From: Candidatus Hadarchaeota archaeon | GTDB taxonomy: Archaea > CAYQAE01 > CAYVLA01 | Assembly (NCBI GenBank): GCA_964621445.1 | Contig: CAZUNO010000010.1 | Location: 25,456-89,455 of the forward strand | Direction of reading: 5' to 3' | Length of the DNA: 64,000 bases | Shown: positions 9,582-19,464 of the stretch, one piece after another | How the letters are laid out: the number at the start of each line of letters is the position of its first letter | Numbering within the stretch: position 1 is the first letter of the stretch | The notes under the pieces: generated by a model | What the model was told of the DNA's origin: nothing | Databases searched by the model: none | The model's input: the letters and a program-made list of their open reading frames with translations, nothing else | Translations under genes and position numbers: made by a program

Positions 9582-11078
9582 GTGGTAAATGGGGTTCTTA
9601 TATCCTTGACCAACCTGCTGTTCATTTTTACCGACGAGCAAAAAGCGGCAACGATGTCAGCCTACGGTAATAATAGAATAGATATGCCGAACCTAAACCG
9701 GCTATCCACCCAGAGCTGCGTGTTCGATAGGGCCTATGTTACCCAACCCGTTTGTACGCCATCCAGATCATCCTTGCTTACCGGGCAATATCCACATACA
9801 AATGGCTGCACCGGAAACAATGTTCCACTTTCACCTGAGGCCAAGTGTTTTCCCGAGATGTTGCATAAGGGACGATATGCTACCGGTTATGTTGGTAAGT
9901 GGCATTTGGGGGACGAGATATTTCCTCAGCATGGTTTTGAGGAATGGATCAGCATAGAGGACCTCTACCGTAGATACTATCGACCCCATCGAGACCAGGA
10001 TGCTCGCTCCACATATCACCATTTCCTGGCGAGAAACGGATTTACCCCCGGGAATGATAACCTATTTGGCAGGGGTGAGTGTGCCAGACTCCCGGAGAAC
10101 TACACCAAGGCTGCCTATACGGCGGGGGAGGCTTGCAGTTTCCTTGATGGCCATCGGGAAGAGGATTTTGTTCTTTTCGTCAATTTTCTAGAGCCGCATA
10201 TGCCGTTTTTTGGGCCGCGTGATGGTCAATATGAATCGAACGAGGTCACATTGCCGCCAAACTTCGGTTCGCCACCGGCCCAAAACCAGCCATTTAAGAC
10301 CAGGATATTTTATGATGCCTACCGCAAGTACGGCCACGGGGGGTTTTCTCTTCGAACGGAGTCCGATTGGAGGAATATCATATCCAATTATTGGGGTCTA
10401 TGCAGTCTGGTGGATACACAGCTGGGGAAAATTCTGGACGCGCTTGATAGAAATGGAATTGCTGGCGATACCATAGTTGTCTTCACCTCCGATCACGGTG
10501 ACATGATGGGTAGCCACCGACTGCTCACCAAATGTGTGATGTTTGAGGAGGCCCTTCGGGTTCCCATGATGATAAGATTACCTGGACAGCAAGAATCATA
10601 CAGAATAACGGAACCCACATCCCAAATCGATCTATTACCTACCCTTCTAGACTTGATGAATGAGGGAATACCCTCCAATCTTGAGGGAAGAAGCCTGAAG
10701 CCCCTACTAATGGGTGAAGAGAAGGAGAGCAAGGGGGAGGTATTCGTCGAATGGAACGGGCGCCATGAGGGGGAAAGTTGGAAGCAACGGGTGGTTGGTC
10801 AGGAAAGCGTGAAATTGCCTCCGGGTTATGATGAACAGGAGGCGTTAAGGGCCATTTCTGATGATGTAAGGACGGTAATAACTAATGATGGGTGGAAGTT
10901 TAATTGTTCAAGTTTTGGGGAACATGAACTCTACGATTTGAAATCCGATCCCTACGAGACCCAAAACCTGGCAGGAAAGAAGAAGAACGAGTTTCTCATG
11001 AACCAACTACTGGAGAGGATCAATTGCTGGCAAAAGGATACAGATGACGCAATATCGCTTCCCCGTAAAATAGGTTAG
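9582..11078 (+). CDS. Sulfatase (Cys-type, formylglycine-dependent)
   Basis: FTDEQ, CTPSRSSLLTG, GKWHLG, TSDHG, ELYDL..DP.E; no signal peptide. Confidence 0.93.
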   Translation: MVNGVLISLTNLLFIFTDEQKAATMSAYGNNRIDMPNLNRLSTQSCVFDRAYVTQPVCTPSRSSLLTGQYPHTNGCTGNNVPLSPEAKCFPEMLHKGRYATGYVGKWHLGDEIFPQHGFEEWISIEDLYRRYYRPHRDQDARSTYHHFLARNGFTPGNDNLFGRGECARLPENYTKAAYTAGEACSFLDGHREEDFVLFVNFLEPHMPFFGPRDGQYESNEVTLPPNFGSPPAQNQPFKTRIFYDAYRKYGHGGFSLRTESDWRNIISNYWGLCSLVDTQLGKILDALDRNGIAGDTIVVFTSDHGDMMGSHRLLTKCVMFEEALRVPMMIRLPGQQESYRITEPTSQIDLLPTLLDLMNEGIPSNLEGRSLKPLLMGEEKESKGEVFVEWNGRHEGESWKQRVVGQESVKLPPGYDEQEALRAISDDVRTVITNDGWKFNCSSFGEHELYDLKSDPYETQNLAGKKKNEFLMNQLLERINCWQKDTDDAISLPRKIG

Positions 11079-11090
11079 TCTAAAGGTATC

Positions 11091-11100
11091 TCTCTTTTTT
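11091..11100 (+). terminator. Possible archaeal pyrimidine/oligo-T terminator after sulfatase
   Basis: TCTCTTTTTT a dozen nt after the TAG, between convergent genes. Confidence 0.35.
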
Positions 11101-11107
11101 CAGCCGA

Positions 11108-11326
11108 TCATCCCCGGGGCATCCTCATGGCCCATATAGTTCATAAAATCCCAGCCACGCCGACGGCGGCCAGCAGTGACACGATTCCGATTACCAGATT
11201 CTGGAAAAAGGAGAAGGAGTCAGACCAGAAAGCGGCGTGAAAAAGTATGAATCCCATCCAACCCATAACCGCAACTACCGAGATTATGAGGGGGATCAAA
11301 AGGTGGCTGAATTCGCCAGAGATCAA
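11108..11326 (-). CDS. Small two-TM membrane protein; TGA at 11141-11143 may be premature (full frame to 11108)
   Basis: Two hydrophobic helices around FSFFQNL. Beyond the TGA the frame continues TIWAMRMPRG*, which would complete the second helix with a basic tail. Confidence 0.55.
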
Positions 11327-11373
11327 TAGGGTTCGCCAATCTTTTTAACCAATTCTTCAGATATAGAAAAGTC

Positions 11374-12261
11374 TTGCCCGGAATGTTAGCAAAGAGCTTT
11401 GGGGATTATTATAGGGAGAATTTGAAGCTGGTTGAGGAGGGCTTGGATTCCTTTCTTGAGAGCGAGGAAGAAAGGAGAATGAGGGCCCTTACCGAGTATT
11501 CGCTAAGAAAAGGGAAAAGGCTGAGGCCGGTCATATGTCTATTAACATCGGACATCTACGGCCTGAAACCAGAATCGGCGTTGAGAAATGCAGTTCTCAT
11601 CGAGCTTATCCATGGCTCCACGCTGGTTCATGACGACGTAACGGATAACGACATTATCAGGCGAGATATGTCAAGTCTTTGGAAGCATTTGGAGGAACTT
11701 CCCTGCGGTAAGCCCAAATTGGAGCCACGTAATCTTGCGGTTTTGTTGGGGGATGGCATGCTGTCCAGAGCTCTGAGCCTTATACAGGACATAGACACCC
11801 TGGATCTGACGTCAAAGGTGATTCAGGATATTGCCCGGGGTGCGTTGCGGGAGGCCTATCAGCTCCAGGGAGGGAAAGGCAATTTAGGTGATTATATGGA
11901 AATAATTTTGCTCAAGACAGGGTCTCTATTTGGTCTGGCCACACAGCTGGGTTCTCGGGAGACGGCTCCCGCCAAGGAGGAAAGCATTGCCAGGGCTGTG
12001 GGGATACAGCTGGGAATGGTATACCAGATGGCCGATGACCTATCGGATGGTGACCTCAGGTTGGACAGGAACAGGATGGAGGACCTCCTACTTTTTAATT
12101 GCGGAAAATTCATAGCTAAATTGTCAGGGATGCCCAAAAACGAATACCGCGAAATCATGCGAGATGCACCCGGATATATAGTGAATGCAATGATGGAGGA
12201 GGGCGGGAAGTCCAAAAGGCTGGTGCTTAAGGGTGATAATTTTCATTGGGAGGATACCTAG
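11374..12261 (+). CDS. Polyprenyl diphosphate synthase, probably for a quinone side chain
   Basis: GKRLRP, FARM DDVTD..RR, LGD, KTG.LF, SARM QMADDLSD; abuts the menA start. Confidence 0.88.
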   Translation: MPGMLAKSFGDYYRENLKLVEEGLDSFLESEEERRMRALTEYSLRKGKRLRPVICLLTSDIYGLKPESALRNAVLIELIHGSTLVHDDVTDNDIIRRDMSSLWKHLEELPCGKPKLEPRNLAVLLGDGMLSRALSLIQDIDTLDLTSKVIQDIARGALREAYQLQGGKGNLGDYMEIILLKTGSLFGLATQLGSRETAPAKEESIARAVGIQLGMVYQMADDLSDGDLRLDRNRMEDLLLFNCGKFIAKLSGMPKNEYREIMRDAPGYIVNAMMEEGGKSKRLVLKGDNFHWEDT

Positions 12262-13176
12262 ATGGAGATAACCACCTGGATAAGGGAGCTAAGGGCTCCC
12301 TTCTTCACCTGTACCATCGTTCCCGTCATGCTCGGAACCGCCGTTGCCTGGTTCTCGACCGGGTCCTTTAACCCAATTCATTTTCTTTTGGTAATGGTAG
12401 GCACCATTTCAATTCATGCCGGGGCAAATATGGTTGATGATTACTTTGATTACCAGAGCGGATGTGATTTGCATCCGATATATGACGAACTGGATTCACA
12501 ATTTTTTGGAGGAAGCAGAATTTTAACCGAGGGGAAATTAAAGCCTAAGAGCGTATATTATGCGTCTGTCCTCTCATTCCTTTTCGGAGCTCTAATTGGT
12601 ATCTATTTCGTATTCAAATTTGGCTGGCCCATATTGGTTCTAGGTGTCACGGGAATTCTATTCGGATATTTTCACGTTAACTATGTATACAAATGGGGCC
12701 TCGCCGAGTTTTCATTATTCCTAAACTTCGGACCCCTGATAACCGTGGGAAGCTATTTTGTCCAGACCGGAAAGATGACAATCATGCCCTGGATCGCCTC
12801 AATCCCCATAGGGTTGCTTATGGCCTGCATACTTCTGATAAACCAGGTTCCGGATAGGCAGGCAGATGAGATATCGAAAAAGAATACGGTGGCGGTTCGG
12901 CACGGTGAGAAGAGAGCCGTCGATCTCTTTTCAGCACTGCTAATTCTCACCTACATCTTTATCGGAGGGACTGTATTGCTGGGAGATATGCCCCCATATG
13001 TGCTGATTACCTTCTTGACCCTGCCTTTGGCCATAAAGACCATATGGGTAGCGGAGAGGAGTTATGATGATCCTTCTGAAATCACGCCAGCCAATAGATA
13101 TACCTACCAGAATCACCTCCTAACTGGAATCCTATTGACTCTAGGATATCTAATCCCAGGTGCCGTGGCCGTTTAA
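12262..13176 (+). CDS. menA: 1,4-dihydroxy-2-naphthoate polyprenyltransferase (UbiA family)
   Basis: LRAPF, ANMVDDYFDYQSG.D, GGSR, N..PD...D...KNT.AVR; about 8-9 TM helices. Confidence 0.88.
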   Translation: MEITTWIRELRAPFFTCTIVPVMLGTAVAWFSTGSFNPIHFLLVMVGTISIHAGANMVDDYFDYQSGCDLHPIYDELDSQFFGGSRILTEGKLKPKSVYYASVLSFLFGALIGIYFVFKFGWPILVLGVTGILFGYFHVNYVYKWGLAEFSLFLNFGPLITVGSYFVQTGKMTIMPWIASIPIGLLMACILLINQVPDRQADEISKKNTVAVRHGEKRAVDLFSALLILTYIFIGGTVLLGDMPPYVLITFLTLPLAIKTIWVAERSYDDPSEITPANRYTYQNHLLTGILLTLGYLIPGAVAV

Positions 13177-13177
13177 A

Positions 13178-14224
13178 ATGAAGGTTTTGATAGCTGGCGG
13201 TGGTTTTTGTGGTGTGGAGGTAGCGAAGATACTTGAAAAGGAGGATCTTGAGCTTACTATCATAGACAAGAGCGGGTTCTTCGAGTACACTCCTAGCGCA
13301 CATAAACTCGCTTTTAATCAAACCCAACTCGGTAATTTCAGGGCTCCCATCGAAAGGATATTGAGGAGTACCCAAGTGGTAAGGGGAACTATCAGGGAGA
13401 TAACTCCGGAGTCCGTTATTACCGAAGAGGAAAGCTTCGATTTTGATATCCTTCTGATAGCTCTGGGAGCCAAATACCCGGTTTTCCTTGAAAATAAGAG
13501 GGATGTATATCCCCTTGGGACCCTCTCTGATGGGCTAAAAATCGGGGAGAGTCTCCCAAATGCAAAAAGAATATTGATAGTTGGAGGAGGTCTGGTGGGA
13601 ACTGAGTTTGCTGCCGAGATGGCGACTAGGAGGGATAAGGAGCTGACCCTTGTTCATGCCAAGGAAAGGCTCCTGGAAAGAAATCCGGTGGAGGCCTCCG
13701 ATTATGCAAAGAGATTCCTTGATAGACATGAAACACGATTGATTTTTGGGCAAAAAGTCATTTCCCATGAAATGGATTCCTACTTGACGGATAAGGGAGA
13801 GAAACTGAGTGCCGATCTCTGCATATGGTGTGCCGGTTTTGGTTGGGATTTCTCATTGATGCGAGGATTTGGTGTACAACCAAAAGGGGCTCTTCCCGTT
13901 AATAATTTCCTTCATCTGGATGGTTATTCAAACGTATTTGTTGGTGGAGATGCAAATGATTTCCGCGAGGAAAAGAGCGCCCAGAATGCCGAACGTCAAG
14001 CGTGGTTTATATCCCGAAATATCGTTAGCAGTATCAAAGACCTTCCCTTGAGGCCTTATACGTCACGTAAGGGACCTCTGGTAATAAGTTTAGGTAAATC
14101 AAATGGCCTGATAATCTACAAGGGAAGGACCTTTGCTGGACCTATTCCGGCTTTGGCGAAGAATATTGTCGAGAAATACACCTTGAGCAGACAAGACGGG
14201 ATCATGAGGCATTTGGGCTTCTAG
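13178..14224 (+). CDS. Type II NADH:quinone oxidoreductase / AIFM2(FSP1)-like FAD oxidoreductase
   Basis: ATG 1 nt after the menA stop; GGGFCG and VGGGLVGTEFAAE dinucleotide motifs; NVFVGGD; ISLG; K...EK C-terminal amphipathic region. Confidence 0.8.
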   Translation: MKVLIAGGGFCGVEVAKILEKEDLELTIIDKSGFFEYTPSAHKLAFNQTQLGNFRAPIERILRSTQVVRGTIREITPESVITEEESFDFDILLIALGAKYPVFLENKRDVYPLGTLSDGLKIGESLPNAKRILIVGGGLVGTEFAAEMATRRDKELTLVHAKERLLERNPVEASDYAKRFLDRHETRLIFGQKVISHEMDSYLTDKGEKLSADLCIWCAGFGWDFSLMRGFGVQPKGALPVNNFLHLDGYSNVFVGGDANDFREEKSAQNAERQAWFISRNIVSSIKDLPLRPYTSRKGPLVISLGKSNGLIIYKGRTFAGPIPALAKNIVEKYTLSRQDGIMRHLGF

Positions 14225-14252
14225 GGGAAACCACGGGGTGAAATGCAAAGAT

Positions 14253-14819
14253 TTAGTGCTTCTGGAAATAATCCTGATGATATTCCTCTGCCGGGTAGAA
14301 GGGCTCCAACGGTAGTATCTCTGTGGCCACGTCAGTTCCAGAGTCCTCCAACTGATTCTTGGTTTCCTCGGCCAGCTTCTTCTGTTCATCGTCATGGTAG
14401 AATATAGCCGTCTTGTACTGGGAACCTCTGTCCAGTCCTTGCCCTCCTGCATCCGAGGGATCTATGTGGTTCCAGAAAATGTCGAGAAGGTCCCCATATG
14501 ATATCTCGTCGGGATGATAATATACCCTTACTGATTCGTAATGGCCAGTAGTTCCCCGGCAGACCCTTTCATAAGAGGGATTCTCGATTTCTCCCCCAGT
14601 GTAGCCACTGATTGCCTCTTCAACACCTTGAGCTCCATCAAAAGTCGCCTCCAACCCCCAAAAACAACCCCCTGCGAAGGTTGCTTTTTCCAGATCAGAT
14701 TTCTCGAGTTCATTAAATCCTTTACCGGGCACGTAATCATTTCCTCCGCTCCAGAGCGAAAACAGAGCTATAACCACAAGCATTATGGCAGCAAGCAATA
14801 AACCCTGAAGTGTGTCCAT
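14253..14819 (-). CDS. msrA: Peptide methionine sulfoxide reductase A with N-terminal membrane anchor
   Basis: GGCFWG, SGYTGG, TGHYE, FYPAEEYHQDY; hydrophobic N-terminus. Confidence 0.92.
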   Translation of the reverse strand: MDTLQGLLLAAIMLVVIALFSLWSGGNDYVPGKGFNELEKSDLEKATFAGGCFWGLEATFDGAQGVEEAISGYTGGEIENPSYERVCRGTTGHYESVRVYYHPDEISYGDLLDIFWNHIDPSDAGGQGLDRGSQYKTAIFYHDDEQKKLAEETKNQLEDSGTDVATEILPLEPFYPAEEYHQDYFQKH

Positions 14820-14948
14820 GATTTAAGGTATTCTATGGACATATAAAGAGTCACAGACGGTAGATAAATTGACCCTTTTCAGCATTCACTAGCTCAAATT
14901 GCAAAAGCTTATGCATGATGAGGTATAATGATATCTTGAGGTGATTTT

Positions 14949-15209
14949 TTGACCAAGATACCAATATCTGAAATAGATTCCATTAGCGAGGCAATGGAGA
15001 GTGATAGATACTCCATCCAAATGAAAAGGGATCCGGATTCGATTGTGCTTGAGAAGGGGTCAAAGAGGCTAAAGATCAATGGAAATGGCAAGGTTAGCGG
15101 CTCAATGCCCCTCCACAATTTCGAGGTCCATAATGCCGAGAGCATCGAAATAGAAGAGAATGAGGTTACGGTATATTTCGACGGTGGTAAATACGACTTC
15201 AGGTTTTAG
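14949..15209 (+). CDS. Hypothetical protein
   Basis: GAGGTGA Shine-Dalgarno before TTG; protein-like composition. Confidence 0.65.
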   Translation: MTKIPISEIDSISEAMESDRYSIQMKRDPDSIVLEKGSKRLKINGNGKVSGSMPLHNFEVHNAESIEIEENEVTVYFDGGKYDFRF

Positions 15210-15266
15210 AATCATCAATTAGAATTCAGGTCCCCGGTCCATGGGCATGTAGGAATATTCGATTTC

Positions 15267-16922
15267 CTAATTAATAACTGGAAGAACTAACTGACTTGGA
15301 TAATTAACATTATGGTGAATAAAGTTACTTGAGGGAATTCTATTAGGATAAAAATTGGGAAAGTCGCTATTGCCAATATCCACCCTAATCCTTGAGCCGG
15401 CGTGGAAAACCTTCCAGATGGGCATCATTTCAATTTTAAAATTGTAGATCTTTCCGGATATTAGTTCATGGGGTTCTCTGTGGGACTGAAAGTGGGACCC
15501 TCTAAGCGCTCCACTTGTAAATACGGTGGATTTCCCTCCCGGCCTAACCTCCGTTAGTTTTGCTATCCAGTCCACGTCCCCTGAATCGGTCGATGCAAAT
15601 AGATTAAGAATTGGAGGACCTGCAATTTCCAGTCCCTTTTCGAGTTTCCCGGTTGTATAGCTTAACATCAGCTTCTCGGCCTCACTAATGTCTCCCTTCC
15701 TCTGAGAAATTGTGGGAATGGGATTATCGGGGTCATGGTTGATAGGATCGGGCTCTTGCCCTCTCGGGGCCTTACAGACCAGAATGCCCTCATTATCCTT
15801 GTGCACTCCCTGTTTCTTCACATGGGAAAGGAAGTACCTCTTTTCCCGGGTCTTTGGTGGCCATGTTGACTGGAAAATCCACTTATCTCTTCCCAATACG
15901 TAGGCCCTGATCGGCGGTTCATCCATTATGCCGTTTTCACGCCCCTTGAGCCAGTAATCGAACCATCTAAGCTGGGTTCCTGTCATATCAAATCCTTCCC
16001 TTCCGGCATGGAACCATGGACCTATTATCAGCTTTTTCGGGGCATTTATCTCCGTGTAACTCCTGATGGTGCCCCGGATGAAGAAGTCGAACCACCCGCC
16101 ATAGCAGTATATAGGGGTGCTGATCTTTTCAAAAATGGAGCCCGGCGATTGAGCCTCCCAGAACTGACCATAGGTTTCGTTTTCCATCCACTGGTGTAGA
16201 AAATCAATGTCATAGAGGCCGCGCCCTTTCGACACACTTTCCACAGCTATCCGGGCCCTGGCATGGTTTATTCTCCTCATCATACCAAGTATTTCTTCTT
16301 CCTTCTCCTCCTGGAATCGGAGCAAACCGGGCACGTTTGGCGGTGTTATATGGGCTAGGTGAATTATGGACCACCTAATCATGAGCATATTCAGAATACC
16401 ACCGGGATAGACGGCCTCGTGATAGATATCAGCCCCCGCGTATCCGACGAACATGGCCTTTAGCCCAGGTGGATGCTCTGCCGCCAGGAAAAGCTGGTCC
16501 ATCCCCAGGTAGGAATTGCCCACGGTGCCTATCTTCCCGTTGGACCACGGTTGGGCTCGAATCCAGCGTATTGTGTCATATCCATCGGGGCCATCATTGA
16601 CCAGAAATCTAAACTTCCCTTCGGATATACCTGTACCTCTTACCTCGGCCTCGACCACGGCATATCCTCGCCTGACGAATTCCTCGTGTGAGTGCTTATC
16701 CCGCGAATTAGGTGGTATGGAAACGTCATGGTATGGGTTACGTATAAGAATTGTAGGAAAAGGCCCTTCTGAATCCGGGCGAAACACTTCAACATAGAGC
16801 CTAATGCCGTCCCTCATGGGTATGTAGGTTCTATCAACCTCTCTGGGCTGGTGGAGAGCAATTCCCCACGATGGATCGATCTCCTTTAAGGCCATTCTCA
16901 GCATCTTCCTGATTCGAATCAT
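15267..16922 (-). CDS. CocE/NonD family serine hydrolase (peptidase S15-like)
   Basis: IPMRDG, RGTGISEG, GNSYLG nucleophile, GGWFD, IGPW.H, C-terminal PepX domain. Confidence 0.92.
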   Translation of the reverse strand: MIRIRKMLRMALKEIDPSWGIALHQPREVDRTYIPMRDGIRLYVEVFRPDSEGPFPTILIRNPYHDVSIPPNSRDKHSHEEFVRRGYAVVEAEVRGTGISEGKFRFLVNDGPDGYDTIRWIRAQPWSNGKIGTVGNSYLGMDQLFLAAEHPPGLKAMFVGYAGADIYHEAVYPGGILNMLMIRWSIIHLAHITPPNVPGLLRFQEEKEEEILGMMRRINHARARIAVESVSKGRGLYDIDFLHQWMENETYGQFWEAQSPGSIFEKISTPIYCYGGWFDFFIRGTIRSYTEINAPKKLIIGPWFHAGREGFDMTGTQLRWFDYWLKGRENGIMDEPPIRAYVLGRDKWIFQSTWPPKTREKRYFLSHVKKQGVHKDNEGILVCKAPRGQEPDPINHDPDNPIPTISQRKGDISEAEKLMLSYTTGKLEKGLEIAGPPILNLFASTDSGDVDWIAKLTEVRPGGKSTVFTSGALRGSHFQSHREPHELISGKIYNFKIEMMPIWKVFHAGSRIRVDIGNSDFPNFYPNRIPSSNFIHHNVNYPSQLVLPVIN

Positions 16923-16968
16923 TCATCCTGTTTCTCGATATTGCTTTCGATTTGGATTAAAATAATGG

Positions 16969-18207
16969 TCAGTTTTCGATCTCAGATAATCTTGTAGTAT
17001 TGATCTCTCTATAGTACCTCCTCTTGATCATCAGGGTCCAGATCACGAATCCGCTTAGCATCGCCGTTCCCGACACTATGAGATACTCCGTAATGTAGAT
17101 CCAGAACAGTGCCCTTTGTCTCAGTCGCATTGACTCCGAAGAAATACTAGCGAGTCCATCCAAAGCTTCCTGCATCTGGTCCAGGGCTTCCTGATAATTG
17201 CCCTTCATATACGATTGGCTTGCCTCCTTCCTCTGTGCCTCGAGCTCGTCGAGAAGCGTATTAAGGGAGGCGGTGTTGGCCCCGAACCTATCGATGAAGT
17301 CTATGAGGGATATCATCATGCCCTTTCGCTCATAGAATGCCTTGAAGTTCGCCCGGAGGGTGTGTCCAAGTTCCAGGTCCTCGGGCACTGGTACGCCTGC
17401 TGGAAAGTATATCCTGTTCAGTACCATGTCAACGTGGTATTTCCAATCCCTTATCGCTGGGTTTTGAAACATGAAGTCCATAATGGGCAGGCATAAGGTG
17501 ATCCCCTCTCCATAATTGGTGGACACGATAGCGTCCTCGCCACCAACCCTCCATTTGGCGTGAACCGTTGCCCCTGGTCGCGCATATATTAGGCCGGGGC
17601 CGGCGTTTCCCGTAAAACCTATTGGCTGCTTCTCGAAATCCGGCAGGTCAACTACGGGGGTCCTGGTTACTATTTCCAATCCGACTCCCGGCTTTGATGA
17701 CTCCCCAATGACAACGTTCATGGGCCAAGCATCATAGATTACGGAGTTCATCCAATCCTGGGGTCGATTGCAGTATAGCATAGGATCAGTTAAACACGGT
17801 TGCCAGCCCATATGAATTAGGACCAGGCCCACGCCATCCTCGTAAATTGAGTCATGGATCCACTGCTGTTGCTCACCTGTAAAGACCCATGGCGGGGAAA
17901 ACATCAGCTGTAGTACATCGACCTCAGAGGAGAAGCGGGCCTTGGTCCTGGGAAATTTTATCCGCAAACGTTTGCGGACCTCATCGGCAGGTAATCCATT
18001 GGCCGTCTCTATGCTGGAAAGGAGGAATATTCTTGGATCGGACCTTAGCAGCCCTAACGGGTATCTATTCACGTCCTGCCATTGATTTCCTACGGCTATG
18101 AGCCTGATCCTACCGGTTGAAGGATCCGTTTTTGCCGTGGAAACGCTCAGCATTAGGATCATCAAAGCCAATATTAGAAGGGTTAGCAGGCATTGATTTC
18201 TCTTCAT
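16969..18207 (-). CDS. Secreted membrane-anchored GATase1-like protein (paralog 2 of 4)
   Basis: Signal peptide, DPSTGRIR, KFPRT, FGANT, ALFWIYITEY-TM-LMIKRRYYREINTTRL. Confidence 0.75.
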   Translation of the reverse strand: MKRNQCLLTLLILALMILMLSVSTAKTDPSTGRIRLIAVGNQWQDVNRYPLGLLRSDPRIFLLSSIETANGLPADEVRKRLRIKFPRTKARFSSEVDVLQLMFSPPWVFTGEQQQWIHDSIYEDGVGLVLIHMGWQPCLTDPMLYCNRPQDWMNSVIYDAWPMNVVIGESSKPGVGLEIVTRTPVVDLPDFEKQPIGFTGNAGPGLIYARPGATVHAKWRVGGEDAIVSTNYGEGITLCLPIMDFMFQNPAIRDWKYHVDMVLNRIYFPAGVPVPEDLELGHTLRANFKAFYERKGMMISLIDFIDRFGANTASLNTLLDELEAQRKEASQSYMKGNYQEALDQMQEALDGLASISSESMRLRQRALFWIYITEYLIVSGTAMLSGFVIWTLMIKRRYYREINTTRLSEIEN

Positions 18208-18233
18208 CTCTTTCTCAGCTCTCGGTCCTTGGC

Positions 18234-19439
18234 TTAGTTTTCGATTTTTGTTTCAAGTCTTGTAGTAACTATCTCTGAGTAGAGTTTCCTTTTCACCATT
18301 AGTGACCAGATGATTACTCCACTGATAATTGAAATCGCGGTGACCGTCATCCATTCCGTTATATAGACCCAGCGCAAGGCCCTTTTCCTAAGCCTTGCGG
18401 AATCTTGAGAGAGTTCCGTTAACCCCTCTATAGCTTCCCTGATTGATTCAATTGACTTCTGATACTCGCCGGACAGATAATAATTACTAGCAGTCCCTCT
18501 TTTGGCGTCCAAATTATCTATCTTGGTGTGAAGAGGGCCCGTATTGGCACCAAATTTGTCTATGAAATCAATTAATGATAGCATAAGGGCTTTCTGTTCA
18601 CCATACTGGGTAAATGCAGATCTTAGAGCATTTGCAAGTTCAGGGTCCTCCGGGACAGGAACCTGGGATGTATAGTAGATGCTATTGATAACAAAATCAG
18701 CGAAATATTTCCAACCCCTCACCATTTTGGAGGAGACACAGTCCCATCCCGCAGGAAGTGCCAATGTTCTACCCTCACCATAATCAGTTGAAACGATGGC
18801 ATCCTGCTTTCCGTTCTTCCACCTGGCGTGCAGGACCGCCCCCGGCCGTGCCTCGACCACACCGAGGTTTCCCGGAGGACCACCGTAGGGCTGGCGTTCG
18901 AAACCTGGAAGACCAACCACCGGGGTTTCCTGGACTATTTCCACGTAGAGGGGGTTTTTAACCGTCTTCTCAAGTATAACGTCAATGGGCCAAGCATCAT
19001 ATATTGGCGATTTCATCCAGTCCCATGGACAATTACATGCCTCTATGATATTGCAGCTATGATACCCCATTTCAACTAGGACAAGCCCCAGTCCCGAATC
19101 ATATATTGCGTCATGTATCCACATCTGTTGGAAATCGGTGAAAATCCCAGGCCGGGCGTCGAGGTACTTTATGGAGTCTATCGACTCAATCATTCTTTTT
19201 TCCGTGCGTGGAAATATGGTGCGAACGTATCTCCTGGCTTCATCCGGGGGTGCACTCACACCAGATCTAATGGTGCCAAAGTGGTGGATCCTGGGATCGG
19301 ATTGAATCACACTCATCACATACTTGTTCTGCCCGTTCTGCTCTCCAACCACTAGAATGCGAATTCTGCCGGTATTGGGATCGACCTTCGGCCCAGCTAG
19401 AGCCGGATGAATAAGGATTAGGAGACAGAGGATTACCAT
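18234..19439 (-). CDS. Secreted membrane-anchored GATase1-like protein (paralog 3 of 4); start at MVILCLL preferred
   Basis: DPNTGRIR, IFPRT, FGANT, ALRWVYITEW-TM-LMVKRKLYSEIVTTRL; clearly similar to the adjacent paralog 2. Confidence 0.75.
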   Translation of the reverse strand: MVILCLLILIHPALAGPKVDPNTGRIRILVVGEQNGQNKYVMSVIQSDPRIHHFGTIRSGVSAPPDEARRYVRTIFPRTEKRMIESIDSIKYLDARPGIFTDFQQMWIHDAIYDSGLGLVLVEMGYHSCNIIEACNCPWDWMKSPIYDAWPIDVILEKTVKNPLYVEIVQETPVVGLPGFERQPYGGPPGNLGVVEARPGAVLHARWKNGKQDAIVSTDYGEGRTLALPAGWDCVSSKMVRGWKYFADFVINSIYYTSQVPVPEDPELANALRSAFTQYGEQKALMLSLIDFIDKFGANTGPLHTKIDNLDAKRGTASNYYLSGEYQKSIESIREAIEGLTELSQDSARLRKRALRWVYITEWMTVTAISIISGVIIWSLMVKRKLYSEIVTTRLETKIEN

Positions 19440-19464
19440 AGAAGATGATTTGACATGTGTAATC

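Noticed and set aside
11141-11143. Selenocysteine at the UGA
   Set aside because: Context favours Trp in a TM helix, there is no redox motif, and no SECIS was recognised.
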